A stretch of 63,605 nt of DNA, the filler included, from Chiloscyllium plagiosum (taxonomy: Eukaryota), in NCBI RefSeq assembly GCF_004010195.1. It is 4 parts of one record of this genome, joined end to end, with 100 filler letters (N's around TTAATTAATTAA, not from the genome) between each part and the next. Parts side by side here need not be neighbours in the genome. Positions count along the whole stretch, not along the records: positions 43,588 to 57,558 come from NC_057715.1; positions 57,659 to 63,605 come from NC_057715.1; 2 more parts are not named here. One strand, 5' to 3'. Below, piece after piece: positions 52,075 to 63,605 of the stretch; the stretch's first letter is position 1; each line of letters starts with the position of its first letter. The notes under the pieces are model-generated. The model saw only the letters and a list, made by a program, of their open reading frames with translations. It did not search any database and was not told the origin of the DNA. The translations under genes and the position numbers were made by a program.

Positions 52075-52988
52075 ATAAATAAATTTGTAGATGACAGCAA
52101 AATTGAAGGTGTAGTGGATAGCGAAGGTGGTTACCTCAGAATACAATGGGAACTTGATCAGATGGGCCAATGGGCTGAGAAGTGGCAGATGGAGTTTAAT
52201 TTAGATAAAGGCGAGGTGCTGCATTTTGGGAAAGCAAATCTTAGCAGGACTTATACACTTAATGGTAAGGTCCTAGGGAGTGTTGCTGAACAAAGAGACC
52301 TTGGAGTGCAGGTTCATAGCTCCTTGAAAGTGGAGTCGCAAGTGAATAGGATAGTGAAGGCGGCGTTTGGTATGCTTTCCTTTATTGGTCAGAGTATTGA
52401 GTACAGGAGTTGGGAGGTCAGGTTGCGGCTGTACAGGGCTTTGGTTAGGCCACTATTGGAATATTGCGTGCAATTCTGGTCTCCTTCCTATCGGAAAGAT
52501 GTTGTGAAACTTGAAAGGGTTCAGAAATGATTAACAAAGGATGTTGCCAGGGTTGGAGGATTTGAGCTATAGGGAGAAGCTGAATAGGCTGGGGCTGTTT
52601 TCCCTGCAGTGTCGGAGGCTGAGGGGTGATCTTACAGAGGTTAATAAAATCATGAGGGGCATGGATAGGATAAATAGGCAAAGTCTTTTCCCTGGGGTGG
52701 GGGAGTCCAAAACTAGAGAGCATAGAGGTTTAGGGAAAGAGATCTAGGGGGCAACGTTTTCTTGCAGAGGGTGGTATGTATATGGAATGAGCTGCCAGAG
52801 GAAGTTGTGGAGACTGGTACAATTACACACTTAAAAAGGCATTTTTCATGGGTATACATATCAGAAGGGTTTGGAGGGATATGGGCCGGGTGCCGGCAAG
52901 TGGGACTAGATTAGGTTGGGATATCTGATCGGCATGGACGAGTTGGACTGCAGGGTGTGTTTCCGTGCTGTACATTTCTATGACTCTA
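52075..52988 (+). mobile_element. CR1 LINE, 5'-truncated
   Basis: KFVDDSK...MGQWAEKWQMEFN...RLRGDL and tail atgactcta. Confidence 0.93.
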
Positions 52989-54403
52989 AATATGTCTTGT
53001 GGTCCAGAACACAGAAAATACTGGCTATAAAGCTCTCAGAGCCAAATCTTTAATGTGTTTTTAGTTAACCTCAACCATGCCAGTTAGAAGATTCTAGGCG
53101 TGGGAACACACAGAAATCGCTGAAGTTCTGCATCGGACTATTGTCGAGGTTCCTGCAAGCACAAAATCGTGGGCATGCAGCTTAGGTCAAAACCATAAGC
53201 TCAAGTCAATACAGAGCCTGACCTGGATATCATGGTCTCAAAAAGCTGAGAAATTGATGAACACTTGATATAAGGCAGCATTCTGACTACTGTTTATCTT
53301 TGAGCTGACACAAAAAAACAAATTGCCTGGTCATTACTACACTGCAGTTTGAGAGACATTATTATTCAAACTGGTTGCCACATTTCTTTATGTCAAAAGT
53401 AACTCATTGGCAGCTCCAAGGTCCTGAAAGGCACAACATAAACAAAGTCTTTACAGTTGTTTCTTTCATTCTAAAAGATGAAAGACTAAACAAGCAATCC
53501 AGTTTTTTCAACATATCATTTCAGTGGCATCACACTGTAATCTTTTGCTATGAATTCTGTGTCGGATGATCTTATGCTCCACAACCATCTGAAGGAGCAG
53601 CACTCCAAAAGCTAATGTTTCCAAATAAACCTGATGGACTATAACCTGGTGTTGTATGATTTTTAACTTAACTCACACAGAATACTTAGTTAGTCTTGGC
53701 AAGGGATCAGGAACCCTGATTTAACAAGATTCCTCTTCCCTCATGCAAATTTCTCATTTGTAAGATTTTGTCTCAAATGGCCAATTACACTTTGCTGTGG
53801 CTAACAGCAAATCAGATGAATTACAGGGATCAGGCATGTCCCACTATCAACCTGCTGGTTGCTTGCCACACAATAGCAACAATATTTTGCCATTTTTCGG
53901 CTGATTTTCTTGAAATGTCAGGACAAGGATTTGAACAGAAAAATCACAGAGCATGAGCACCAAACCTGTTCAAAGTCAGGTCTTGCAGTGCCGTCATACA
54001 AATATATTACTAGGTTTAAAAAGTAAAGGGATAAAAGATTATGATAAATGGATTTTAAATGTAATATTGTGATGTTCAAAGGCATCAATATCAGTCCAGT
54101 GTAGTGAATTAAAATAATATTCTTTCACTGAAGGGTGGGGATTTGTGGATCTTCGGTGCATTGTTTGGAGAGTTGGCCGAGTGTTGGCAAGAGACCATAG
54201 AGAAAAAAAGTTGGCAATTTGCAGGGTACTCAATTTTGCTATTAGGAGCAAGTTGTAGAAAAACATGTTCAACTCCACATCATTGATATTCCTCAGTGCA
54301 CAGCATAAAATGAAAATACAAAATCTGAACAAAAAAAAAAGAGACATTTTAGCAGCAAATACCACAAATTGGAAATGGAACAACACTCAAAATAAGAACA
54401 TAC

Positions 54404-54514
54404 CTGCAAGACCCAAAAATGCAGCTAGGTAGCGAGTTTCAAGGCCATCTCTTACAGTCTGAATCGCACCATAGATAGGAGGTAGAATCATAATCAGGTT
54501 ACTTACAGTATTCC
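54404..54514 (-). CDS. ACER3: Alkaline ceramidase 3, internal coding exon (exon 2 equivalent, 111 nt, phase 1-1)
   Basis: Translates as (W)NTVSNLIMILPPIYGAIQTVRDGLETRYLAAFLGLA, matching vertebrate ACER3 WNTVSNLIMIIPPMFGAVQSVRDGLEKRY. Pyrimidine-rich acceptor ...ctctcctaattctgcag| and donor G|gtatgt on the minus strand. Confidence 0.95.
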
Positions 54515-56099
54515 CTGCAGAATTAGGAGAGAGAGTGAGTGAGTGAGAGTTGTGCCAAGGAACTAACAATTGCTGCAGTGTTTCGTCTACACATAAAGTA
54601 CAGCTGAATTCAGAGTACAAATACATTGCGATTTAGCTGCATATCTTGGTCAACAAATTCTACAAATAATTTAGAAAGCTCTTCTGATGAAACCCTTAAC
54701 AAACCAAGTGGTTGAGCCACACAAACCAGGAAGGCAACATCCACACAAATGACCGGGTAAATGACTTTAGTCAAGATAGTAGACATAACTTATACACTTT
54801 CTTTTCTTCTACTCAGAATAATGTCACACCATCTTTAATGTGGAACACTGGAACAGGCCTCCAAATTTCTATTTTCTTCTTAATGTTATTTTTATTTGTT
54901 AATGAGACAGGAGTATCAATGCATTTGTTGCCCATTCCTAATTGCCCCGAAGGTGATGGCAATGGGCTGTCATCTCGAACCACTGCGGTCTTTGGGTTGC
55001 AGGAACACCCACAGTGCTATTAAAGAGGGAGTTCCACAATTTTGACCGAGTAACAATGAAAGAGCAGAGTTGTAATTCCAAGTCAGGATGGCGTGTGGAC
55101 TGAAGGAGAGACCAGGACCAGGTGGCTTCAGAGTGAAGGGACAACTGTTTAGAACTGAGACGAGGAGGAATTTCTTCAGCTAGAGAATGGTTAATCTGTG
55201 AAACTCATTACTGCAGAGGGCTATGAGGCCAAGTCATTGAGTGTATTTAGACAAAGGTAGATAGGTTCTTGATTGGTCAGGGGATCAAGCATTATGGATA
55301 AAATGGCAGGAGAATGGGGCCAACAAACAAAACAGCCATTATCGAATGGCAAAGCAGACTCGATGGGCCAAATGGCTTAATTCAACTCCTGTATTTTATA
55401 GTCTTATGGATAGACCAAGCTGCTTCAAGAAACTGCCATATAATACCACCAATCACTGCCCTACCTATATAAGATTCTTCAGTGAGAGAAAGCAATGGCT
55501 GTTCAGACTCATTTTGTGCTCTTGGTATCATGCAAATGTTCCCCAACCTGAGGCAAGAGGGACTCTGCAATCACCAATACCAGATCAAATGTTTTTTGAT
55601 TGCCAACTCTTGCACATTATCTAGAACTTGTGAATGGTGTTGCGTTGCCCCTCAGACAAGGTTTCATTGCCCAAGTAAACTCCAGCTATTTTTCTGCTAT
55701 TCAGCCATTCTCTCAACATGTTTAATATTTCAAACAGAGATCAAACTTGAGATTATTGAATCTCTGCATAATTGCTCTAAATGTCATCAATCTGAATTTT
55801 TCTGTGATTGATTTGCTTTCTGATTTGCTCCAATTGATACAGAAATCATCTTTTTCCTTACAAAGATGGAAAGTTTGAAGTATCTTCCTTATGCCAGCTC
55901 AAACATTTAGCAAGCAAGTAACTTGTTTAAACAGTGTTTGGTCCAAATTTGTAAGATTTGTACATGGCACTACAAGCAACAAAAAACATTCTCAGCAACG
56001 TGGACATTATTTTATTATTTCCATTAATGAATGGGTATTTCTGGCAAGACTGGTATTCTTCTCATTTGAAGTTTGCTCATAAAGATGCAAACTTTTGTT

Positions 56100-56977
56100 G
56101 ATTTGATTATTTATTAATTTATTGTCACATGTACCAAAGTAGTGAAAATCTTTGTCTGCCTTTTATGATCTGCCTGTACTGCTCGTAATGATGTACAGAA
56201 CAAAAGGTTTAGACAAAGGCATTCAGGTTACATTGCACAGGGCGTACAAGAGAGTTCAATGTTAGCAAGATCAGCATTATTTGAGGCTGGAGTGTCCATT
56301 TAATAGTCTAATAATGACCAGGAAGAAGCTGTCCCTGAACCGACTGGTGCATGTTTTCAGGTTTCTGTATCTCCTGCCTGACAAAAGAGGTTGTAAGAGA
56401 TCATAACCAGAGTGCGAAGGTCTTTGATGTTGGCAGCCTTTCTGCAGCAGCAGTGTAAATGGAGTCCATGGATGGAAGGTTGACTTCTGAGATGGCCTGG
56501 ACTGCGCATACCACCCTCTGTAGCTGGTTACAATCTTGGCAGAGCAGGTGTCATACCAGGTGGTTATATACCTCGACAGGATACTTTCAACTGTGCATCT
56601 GTAGAAGTTGGTGAGGATCCTTATGGACACGCCAAATTTCATGAGCTGCCTGAGGAAGAATAGGCATGTTGTGCCTTCTTGACTGTCGCAACTACATAAG
56701 ACCAGGACAGATTGTCAGTCACCATCACTCCGAGGAACGGGACGCTCTCGACCTCAGTTCTGTTGACGTAGATAGGAGTGTGTTCTCCTCCTTTCTTACT
56801 AAAATCAATGATCAATTCCTCAATTTTGCTGACATTTAGGGAGAGTTGTTCTCATTGCACCCATATCACGAAACCCTCTATCTCCCATCTGAAGTTTGAC
56901 TCGTTGTTATTAGATATCCATCCTACTATGGTGGCGTCATCAGTGAACTTATCGATGATGTTTGTTCGAAATTTAAC
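56100..56977 (-). mobile_element. Rex1/Babar-type LINE 3' fragment
   Basis: KFTDDATIVG and KFGVSIRILTNFYRCTVESILS..ITTWY motifs; tail catgtgacaataaa. Related tails at ~29800-30035 and ~62520-63040. Confidence 0.75.
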
Positions 56978-57558
56978 GAGGTAAAAACAATGTCTGCAGA
57001 TGCTGGAAACCAGATTCTGGATCAGTGGTGCTGGAAGAGCACAGCAATTCAGGCAGCATCCGAGGACAGGCAAAATCGACGTTTCGGGCAAAAGCCCTTC
57101 ATCAGGAATAAAGGCAGAGGGCCTGAAGCGTGGAGAGATAAGCTAGAGGAGAGTGGGGGTGGGGAGAGAGTGGCATAGAGTACAATAGGTCAGGGGGGAA
57201 GGAGATGAAGGTGATAGGTCAGGGAGGAGAGGGTGGAGTGGATAGGTGGAAAACGAGCTGGGCAGGTCGGACAAGTCCGGACAGGTCAGGGGATCGAGTT
57301 TCTGGAGGTTAGAAACTAGGATGAGGTGGGGGAAGGGGAAATGAGGAAACTGTTAAAATCCACATTGATGCCCTGGGGTTGAAGTGTTCCGAGGCAGAAG
57401 ATGAGGCGTTCTTCCTCCAGGCATCTGGTGGTGAGGGAGCAGCGGTGGAGGAGGCCCAGCACCTCCATATCCTCGGCAGAGTGGGAGGGGGAGTTGAAAT
57501 GTTGAGCCACGGGGCGATTTGGTTGATTGGTGCGGGTGTATCGGAGATGTTCCCTAAA
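56978..57558 (-). mobile_element. Penelope-like retroelement 3' end: GIY-YIG endonuclease C-terminus plus 3' terminal repeat with hammerhead core
   Basis: ORF 57316-57510 AQHFNSPSHS...LEEERLIFCLGTLQPQGINVDF is typical of the PLE endonuclease end. It is followed by a C-rich UTR, an HHR core at 57078-57105 and the ccagcatctgcag tail. Confidence 0.88.
57078..57105 (-). ncRNA. Minimal hammerhead ribozyme core (GUC family)
   Basis: Minus strand CUGAUGA-A-GGGC-UUUU-GCCC-GAAA-CGUC. Confidence 0.75.
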
Positions 57559-57658
57559 NNNNNNNNNNNNNNNNNNNNNNNNNNNNNNNNNNNNNNNNNN
57601 NNTTAATTAATTAANNNNNNNNNNNNNNNNNNNNNNNNNNNNNNNNNNNNNNNNNNNN
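57559..57658. other. Artificial 100-bp scaffold gap with TTAATTAATTAA spacer
   Basis: 44 N + spacer (57603-57614) + 44 N, between two oppositely oriented Penelope-like pieces. Confidence 0.98.
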
Positions 57659-57910
57659 GACCTGCAATCTTCTTCCCGACCTCTCCGCCCCCACCCCCTC
57701 TCCGGCCTATCACCCTCACCTTAACCTCCTTCCACTTATCGCATTCCCAACGCCCCTTTCCCAAATCCCTCCTCCCTACCTTTTATCTTAGCCTGCTTGG
57801 CACACCTTCCTCATTCCTGAAGAAGGGCTTATGCCCAAAACGTCGATTCTCCTGCTCCTTGGATGTTGCCTGACCTGCTGCGCTTTTCCAGTAACACATT
57901 TTTCAGCTCT
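57659..57910 (+). mobile_element. Penelope-like terminal fragment
   Basis: C-rich UTR plus cctgaagaagggcttatgcccaaaacgtcg segment. Confidence 0.8.
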
Positions 57911-58729
57911 GGCCATTTTTCACAGCCAGGATACTGACACAACACTTCATCAAGATTGCTAGGGTGTGCTTGTTGTGTTTTGGCAGAAACAGGAATCAAA
58001 TTTCCTGACCAGGCTGCATTTCAAACATAGAGAGTAAAAAAACCTTACATTTCAGAATGAGTCCAATCAGCCCCTCATGCCTGTGTCAGCTCTACAGTCA
58101 AAATTGATGCAAAATACCTGTTCAATTTATCTGCTAACTCCTCATTTTCTTTCACTAATTCTCCATACATACTTTTTTTTGATTAAATATTGAGAGAAGT
58201 TTTTCCAAGTGGCTCGATATTTCTAGCTAGCTTTTTCTCGTATTTTTCTTTTGTTGTTGATCATGTCAGCATATGATTGGATTGGCTCTGTAGGCCTTTT
58301 CAGAGGACAACAACATCACTGTGGATTTGGAGTCACAGGTAGGATGGCTGATTTCTTTGCCTGAAGGATATTGATGAACCATTTTTTACAATGGTTAAAC
58401 AGCAATTGCAAATGGTTACATGGTCATCCTTCAGATCTTTTTAGAAATGGCATTAAACTTTCACCATGCCATGGTGGGATTCAAATCTATTTCAACAGAA
58501 CATTAAAAAATGAAAGAACTGCGGACACCGTAAATCAGAAATAGAAACACCTGGAAAAGATCTGCAGGTCTGGCAGGATCTATGGAGAGAAATCAGAGTT
58601 AGCATTTCACGTCCACAGAATCTCTACAATGTGGAAACAGGCCATTTAGCCCAACAAGTCCACACCAACCCTTCAAAGATTTTCCCACCCAGTTCCATTC
58701 CCCTACATTTGCCCTTGACTAATGCACCT

Positions 58730-59129
58730 CGGAGAAAGTGAGGACTGCAGATGCTGGAGATCAGAGCTTAAAAATGTGTTGCTGGAAAAGCGCAGCAGGT
58801 CAGGCAGCATCCAAGGAGCAGGAGAATCGACATTTCAGGCATAGGCCCTTCTTCAGGAATGAGGAGGGTGTGCCAAGCAGGCTAAGATAAAAGGTAGGGA
58901 GGAGGGACTTGGGGGAGGGGCGTTGGGAATGTGATAGGTGGAAGGAGGTTAAGGTGAGGGTGATAGGCCGGAGAGGGAGTGGGGGCGGAGAGGTCGGGAA
59001 GGAGATTGTTGGTAAAGAAGGCGGTGCTGAGTCTGAGGGTTGGGATGAGAAAACGTGGGGGGAGGGGAAATGAGAAAGCTGGAGAAATCTGCATTCATCC
59101 CTTGTGGTTGGAGGGTTCCTAGGCGGAAG
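58730..59129 (-). mobile_element. 5'-truncated Penelope-like element inserted in a V-SINE
   Basis: Endonuclease-end remnant, UTR and tail. Duplicated atgcacct at 58722-58729 and 59130-59137. Confidence 0.82.
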
Positions 59130-60477
59130 ATGCACCTAACCTACACATCCCTGAACACTATGTGCAACTTAGCATGGCCAATCCACCTAACCTGTACATC
59201 TTTGGATTGTGGGAAGAAACTGGAGCACCTGGAATAAACCCACACAGACACGGGGAGAATGTGCAAACTCCACACAGTCAGTCACCTGAGGCTGGAATTA
59301 AACACAGGTCCCTGGCGCTGTGAGGCAGCAGTGCTAACCACTGAGCCACTGTGCCACCCAGTGGCCCTTCCTCAAAACACCAGAACATCCTTAGTTAGCC
59401 GAAATGCTAACTCTGATTTCTCTCCACTGATGCTTCCAGACCTGCTGAGTTTTTCCAGCAATTTCTGTTTTTGTCCCCAGAACATTACCCTGGGTCTCTG
59501 GATTACTAACTCACTGACTTTACCACCACATAACTGTCTCCCCGCAACTTCCCCAATTTTTCCCTCTTTATGAATCCTTTAATCATTATTTTTTTCTTTT
59601 TTTACTTTGTGTCTAATCTGCTGACGTGCTACCTATCTTTTTTGTAAGGTAAACACAGGAAGGATGTTCCTGATGACCAAGAAATCCAGAACCAGGGTTC
59701 AGAGTCTAGGATATGGGGTGAGGAGAAATGTCTTCGCCCAGAGAGTGGGAACCTGTGGAATTCTTTGTCACAGAAAACAGTTGAGGTCAAACAGTGAATA
59801 TTTTCAAGAAGGAGTTAGATATATTTCTTAAGGCTAAAGGGATCAAAGGGTATGGGGATAAAAAAGGGGAACAGGGGACTGGGTTGGAGGATTGGCTATA
59901 TTATTTTGAGTGGCACGGTGGCACAGTGGTTAGCACTGCTGCCTCACATTGCCAGAGACTCGGGTTCAACTCCCACCTCAGGCAACTGTTTGTGTGGAGT
60001 TTGCACATTATCCCTGTGTCTGCCTGGGTTTCCTCCCACAGTCCAAAAGCATGTAGGTTAGGTGAATTGGCCATGCTAAATTGCCCTTAGTGTTGGGTAA
60101 ATGGGTGGGTTGCTCTTCGAAGGGTCGTTGTGGACTTGTTGGGCTAAAGGACCTATTTCCACACTGTAAGTAATCTAATCTAATCATACTGAAATGTGGA
60201 GCAGGTTTGAAGGGCTAAATGGCCTACTCCTTTGAATTTCTATGTTTCTATATGCTTTTTCTTTAAGTTTGAAATTACCTTTAATTTTCTTTTAGTTCAT
60301 CACAGATGGTGGATACTTTTTGGAATTTTGTTTGTCTCACTGAAATGTATCTAATCTATGTATTTGAAATATCTCCCTAAATATGTGTCACTTTATTGAT
60401 ACACCCTCTAACCTAACTCACCCAGTTCACTTTAGCTTTCTCTGCTTTTATGCCCTCGTATTTACTCTATCCTTATT

Positions 60478-60670
60478 TTAGCTCAGTTGGCTGGATTGTT
60501 GGTTTGCAGAGCAGTGTGATGCCATCAGTGTGGGTTCAATTCCCATCACTGGTTTGAGGTGAATCTGAAGGACTCTCCTTTTCAACCAGGTTAAATCACC
60601 CCCAGTCACTTCTCTCCAATGAGAGAGCAGCCCCTACGATCTGGTGAGACTATGGTGACTCATCAACCTT
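60478..60670 (+). mobile_element. tRNA-derived SINE distinct from HE1
   Basis: Box A tagctcagttgg and box B gggttcaattccc followed by a non-tRNA body. Confidence 0.6.
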
Positions 60671-62764
60671 ATTTACATTTAAAATACGAGGCTTGGACCC
60701 ACGCTTCTTTCTCTCAATGTGAACGCAAAGTTCAATCATATTATGATAAAACAAAGAACTGCAGATGCTGGATATCTGGGAAAAAAGCAGAAATTACTGC
60801 AAAAACCCAGCTGGTCTGGCAGCAACTGTGGAGAAAAAGCATAGTTAACATTTTGAGTTCAGTGACCCTTCCTCAGAATATTATAATATGATCGCTTTTA
60901 CTTAGTGGTGCCTTAAATATGAGCTAATTAAGTATTCCTACCTCATTGAACAATACCAGGTTTATTACAACCTGTTGTCTGGTTGGCTCCAGAATGTGTT
61001 CATCTCAGAAACTATTCGCAAAACATTGTCTAGTCTCTGTATCTAAGGCTACCTTTGCCAAGCTATTTTTTTTCCCCAGTTTATATGGAGATTAAAATGT
61101 TCCTTGATTGTTGTCATACCTTTCTGACAAGCTCCCAATGTTTCTTCATATATACTCCATCCTACGATGTGGTTACTGTTACACCCAAGGACTCATTCAA
61201 TTCTAGCCTTGGGCAACTGTCAATGTGGAATTGGCACATTCTCTCTGTGTCTGTGTGGGTATGCTCCAGTTCCTGCCACAGTCCAAGAACGTGCAGGTTA
61301 GGTGGATTGGCCATGCTAAGTTGCCCTTCGTGTCCAAGGAAGTGCAGCCTAGGTTAACTATGGGAAATGTAGGGATAGGGTACAGTGGGTGGGCCTGGGT
61401 AGGATGCTTTTCAGACAGCTGGTGTAGACTTGATGGACTGAATGGCCTGCCTCCACACTGTAGGGATTCTGTGGCGTTTGTACATCAGTACAACAGAAGA
61501 TTACTTGCCTTTCTCATTGCCTATCTCTATCTAAGCTGCTTCTATATACAGCTTTCCTGTACCTATGTCACCTCTTTCTATTTCGCTAATTAATTAACAG
61601 ATCCACCTCTACACCATTTTTTTCTAGCCTCCTGTCCTCCCTAATTGTCATGCAAGCTCCAATATTAAGGTTTCAGCCCATGTCATTCTGTAGCCAATGG
61701 CTATCAGAACATTCTGATTCATTTCTATTTGCGCTATCTGTCTCATTTCAAGTGTTGCATGCATTTAGATACCGGGCATTTGGTTTTGTTCATTTATTAT
61801 TTTATTAACCTGTCGTCTTATCTGTTGATTTAGTCTTTAACTTGTACTTTGTATCTTGTCACAGTCTGTTAATCATTTCCTTGTCTTATCACTAGTCTTT
61901 GATTGACCATATCTTCCAAAATTTGATTATCTGCCCTCATATTTACTTTAAAACCCTTTGTAGTTTAATAGCTACACAGCTCACTAAAACACTGACCTCA
62001 TGGTTCAACATCACCCCAAAATTACAGATCCCATTATCCCCAATACTGGTGCCTGTGCTCTCTCAAACAGGAACCCACTTCTACTGCACCATTTTGTAAG
62101 CCACACCTGCATCTCTCTCTAATCTGGCTGTCATTTGCTAATTTACATGTAGATCAAACTTTTGAGGATCTTTTTCCTAAATTAGTGCCTTGCTCCCCAT
62201 CCTCTTTCCTTCTCCTGCCTCTGCCATTGTCCCTAACATGGACCCCAACCTCCCCCTTTCTGTTGCAAATGGCCTCCAGCCCTGAGCAGAGGTGCCAAAT
62301 CCTGACACCAGGTAGAGAACACAGCCATCTGGGCTCTTACTATTTGCTGCAGAGGACAGTGTTAATCCCTCTCAGAACATTGTATCTTACCGCCATTATA
62401 TTCCTTATTGGTCCCCTCATTTGATTTGCTTCCTACACAAGTGCAATGGCCAGCTAGCTCATCCATCATGCAGTCCCTCTACATTCCTCTATATCTAAAT
62501 CTGAAAGAACCTCAAACCCATTGGGCAATTACCTCATTGCAGACACACCCTCCTGTCCCTGAAAACCAGCCTTCCATCCACTGACTTCATCGACAATTCC
62601 CGCTGCCTCGGGAAAGCATCCAACATCATCAAAAACCCTCCTACCCCGGTTATATTCTCTTACCCCCTCTTCCATCAGGTAGAAGATACAAAAGTTTGAA
62701 AACATGTACTAACAGATTCAAGAACAGATTCTTCCCCACTGTTATCAGACTTTTCAATGGACAT

Positions 62765-62955
62765 GGAGAAAGTGAGGGCTGCAGATGCTGGAGATCAGAG
62801 CTGAAAATGTGTTGCAGGCCAGGCACCATCCAAGGAACAGGAGAATCGACGTTTCGGGCATTATGCCTGAAGAAGGGCTTATGCCCGAAACGTCGATTCT
62901 CCTGCTCCTTGGATGCTGCCTGACCTGCTGTGCTTTTCCAGCAAAACATTTTCAG
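62765..62955 (-). mobile_element. Palindromic Penelope-derived mini-element with 15-bp TSD, inserted in a Rex/Babar-type LINE tail
   Basis: Inverted arms, intact HHR core at 62867-62894 (+), and TSD cttttcaatggacat at 62750-62764 and 62956-62970. Confidence 0.87.
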
Positions 62956-63605
62956 CTTTTCAATGGACATCTCATATAATAGAGTTTATTTTTGTCTGCA
63001 CCTTCTCTGTAGCTGTCACATTATATTGTGCATTCTGTTCTAATATCCTGAAATTCAGGGAAAGATTCAGATTTTTTGGGGGAGTTTTTTATCCACTAGC
63101 CCACGACCACCACCATCTAGAAGGACAAAGGCAGCAATACATGGGAATACCACCACCCATGAGTTACCTTGGGAGATATGTTTTAAAATAGATGGGTGCA
63201 GTGGTAACCTTGAGATAAGTGTGAAGGAGGAACCTCTTCTATATAAATGTTAGAACCACTTTTCTGCAACGTGGTTCTGCGATTGGGCGTTTGGACCTCC
63301 ATCGGCTTTGGGGAGACTCCTTCATGGATTTCCAGGCTCCAGACTCAGTGGGTGGGAGACCACCTGGTAATGAGGATATTCAGTCAGCATTAGTGGGATC
63401 GGGCCTTAGTTTTAACATTTTTTTAAAAGAGTCTTTGCATTGGATATGTGCACGTTATTGGCAAGACCAGAGTAGAAATTTCCAAGGAGTCTCACAGGAG
63501 CACAATCCAATATTAGGAGATATTAAGGCTAAAGATTCGGTTAAACAAGTAGGTTTTTGAGAAGAATCTTAATTGGCGGGAGAGAGAGAGAGAGAGAGAG
63601 AGAGG

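Noticed and set aside
26196..54514. ACER3-CAPN5 in-frame fusion gene
   Set aside because: Splicing the phase-1 ACER3 exon to the acceptor at 26369 reads GGT TTG AAG GAT GTT TGA, an early stop; an unsized gap also intervenes.
167..63560. Most of the 60-177 aa ORFs in the track
   Set aside because: They are sense or antisense frames of CR1, Rex, Penelope and SINE repeats, or run through N gaps; only the ACER3 and CAPN5 exons look like host genes.

Overview
Repeat-dominated vertebrate DNA. The V-SINE/HE1-type SINEs, CR1 LINEs and Penelope fragments point to an elasmobranch, probably a carpet/bamboo shark (inference). Only two coding exons are supportable, both on the minus strand with canonical splice sites: alkaline ceramidase 3 (ACER3) exon 2 at 54404-54514 and the first coding exon of a calpain-5 (CAPN5) gene at 26196-26369. 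This matches the ACER3-then-CAPN5 order known from tetrapods. I could not find the remaining ACER3 exons; they probably lie in the artificial 100-bp gap at 43488-43587. The most striking signal is more than 15 minimal hammerhead-ribozyme cores (CUGANGA-stemII-GAAA-NNUH) from at least four sequence families of Penelope-like element termini. Several form short TSD-flanked hairpin insertions with ribozyme sequence on both arms. Also notable are an LTR-like unit at ~12.1-13.2 kb with IR-bounded 27-bp repeat cassettes, several local templated duplications (including a perfect 52-bp inverted repeat) and two similar plus-strand micro-exon candidates. Repeat boundaries are approximate and family names come from recognition, not database searches.
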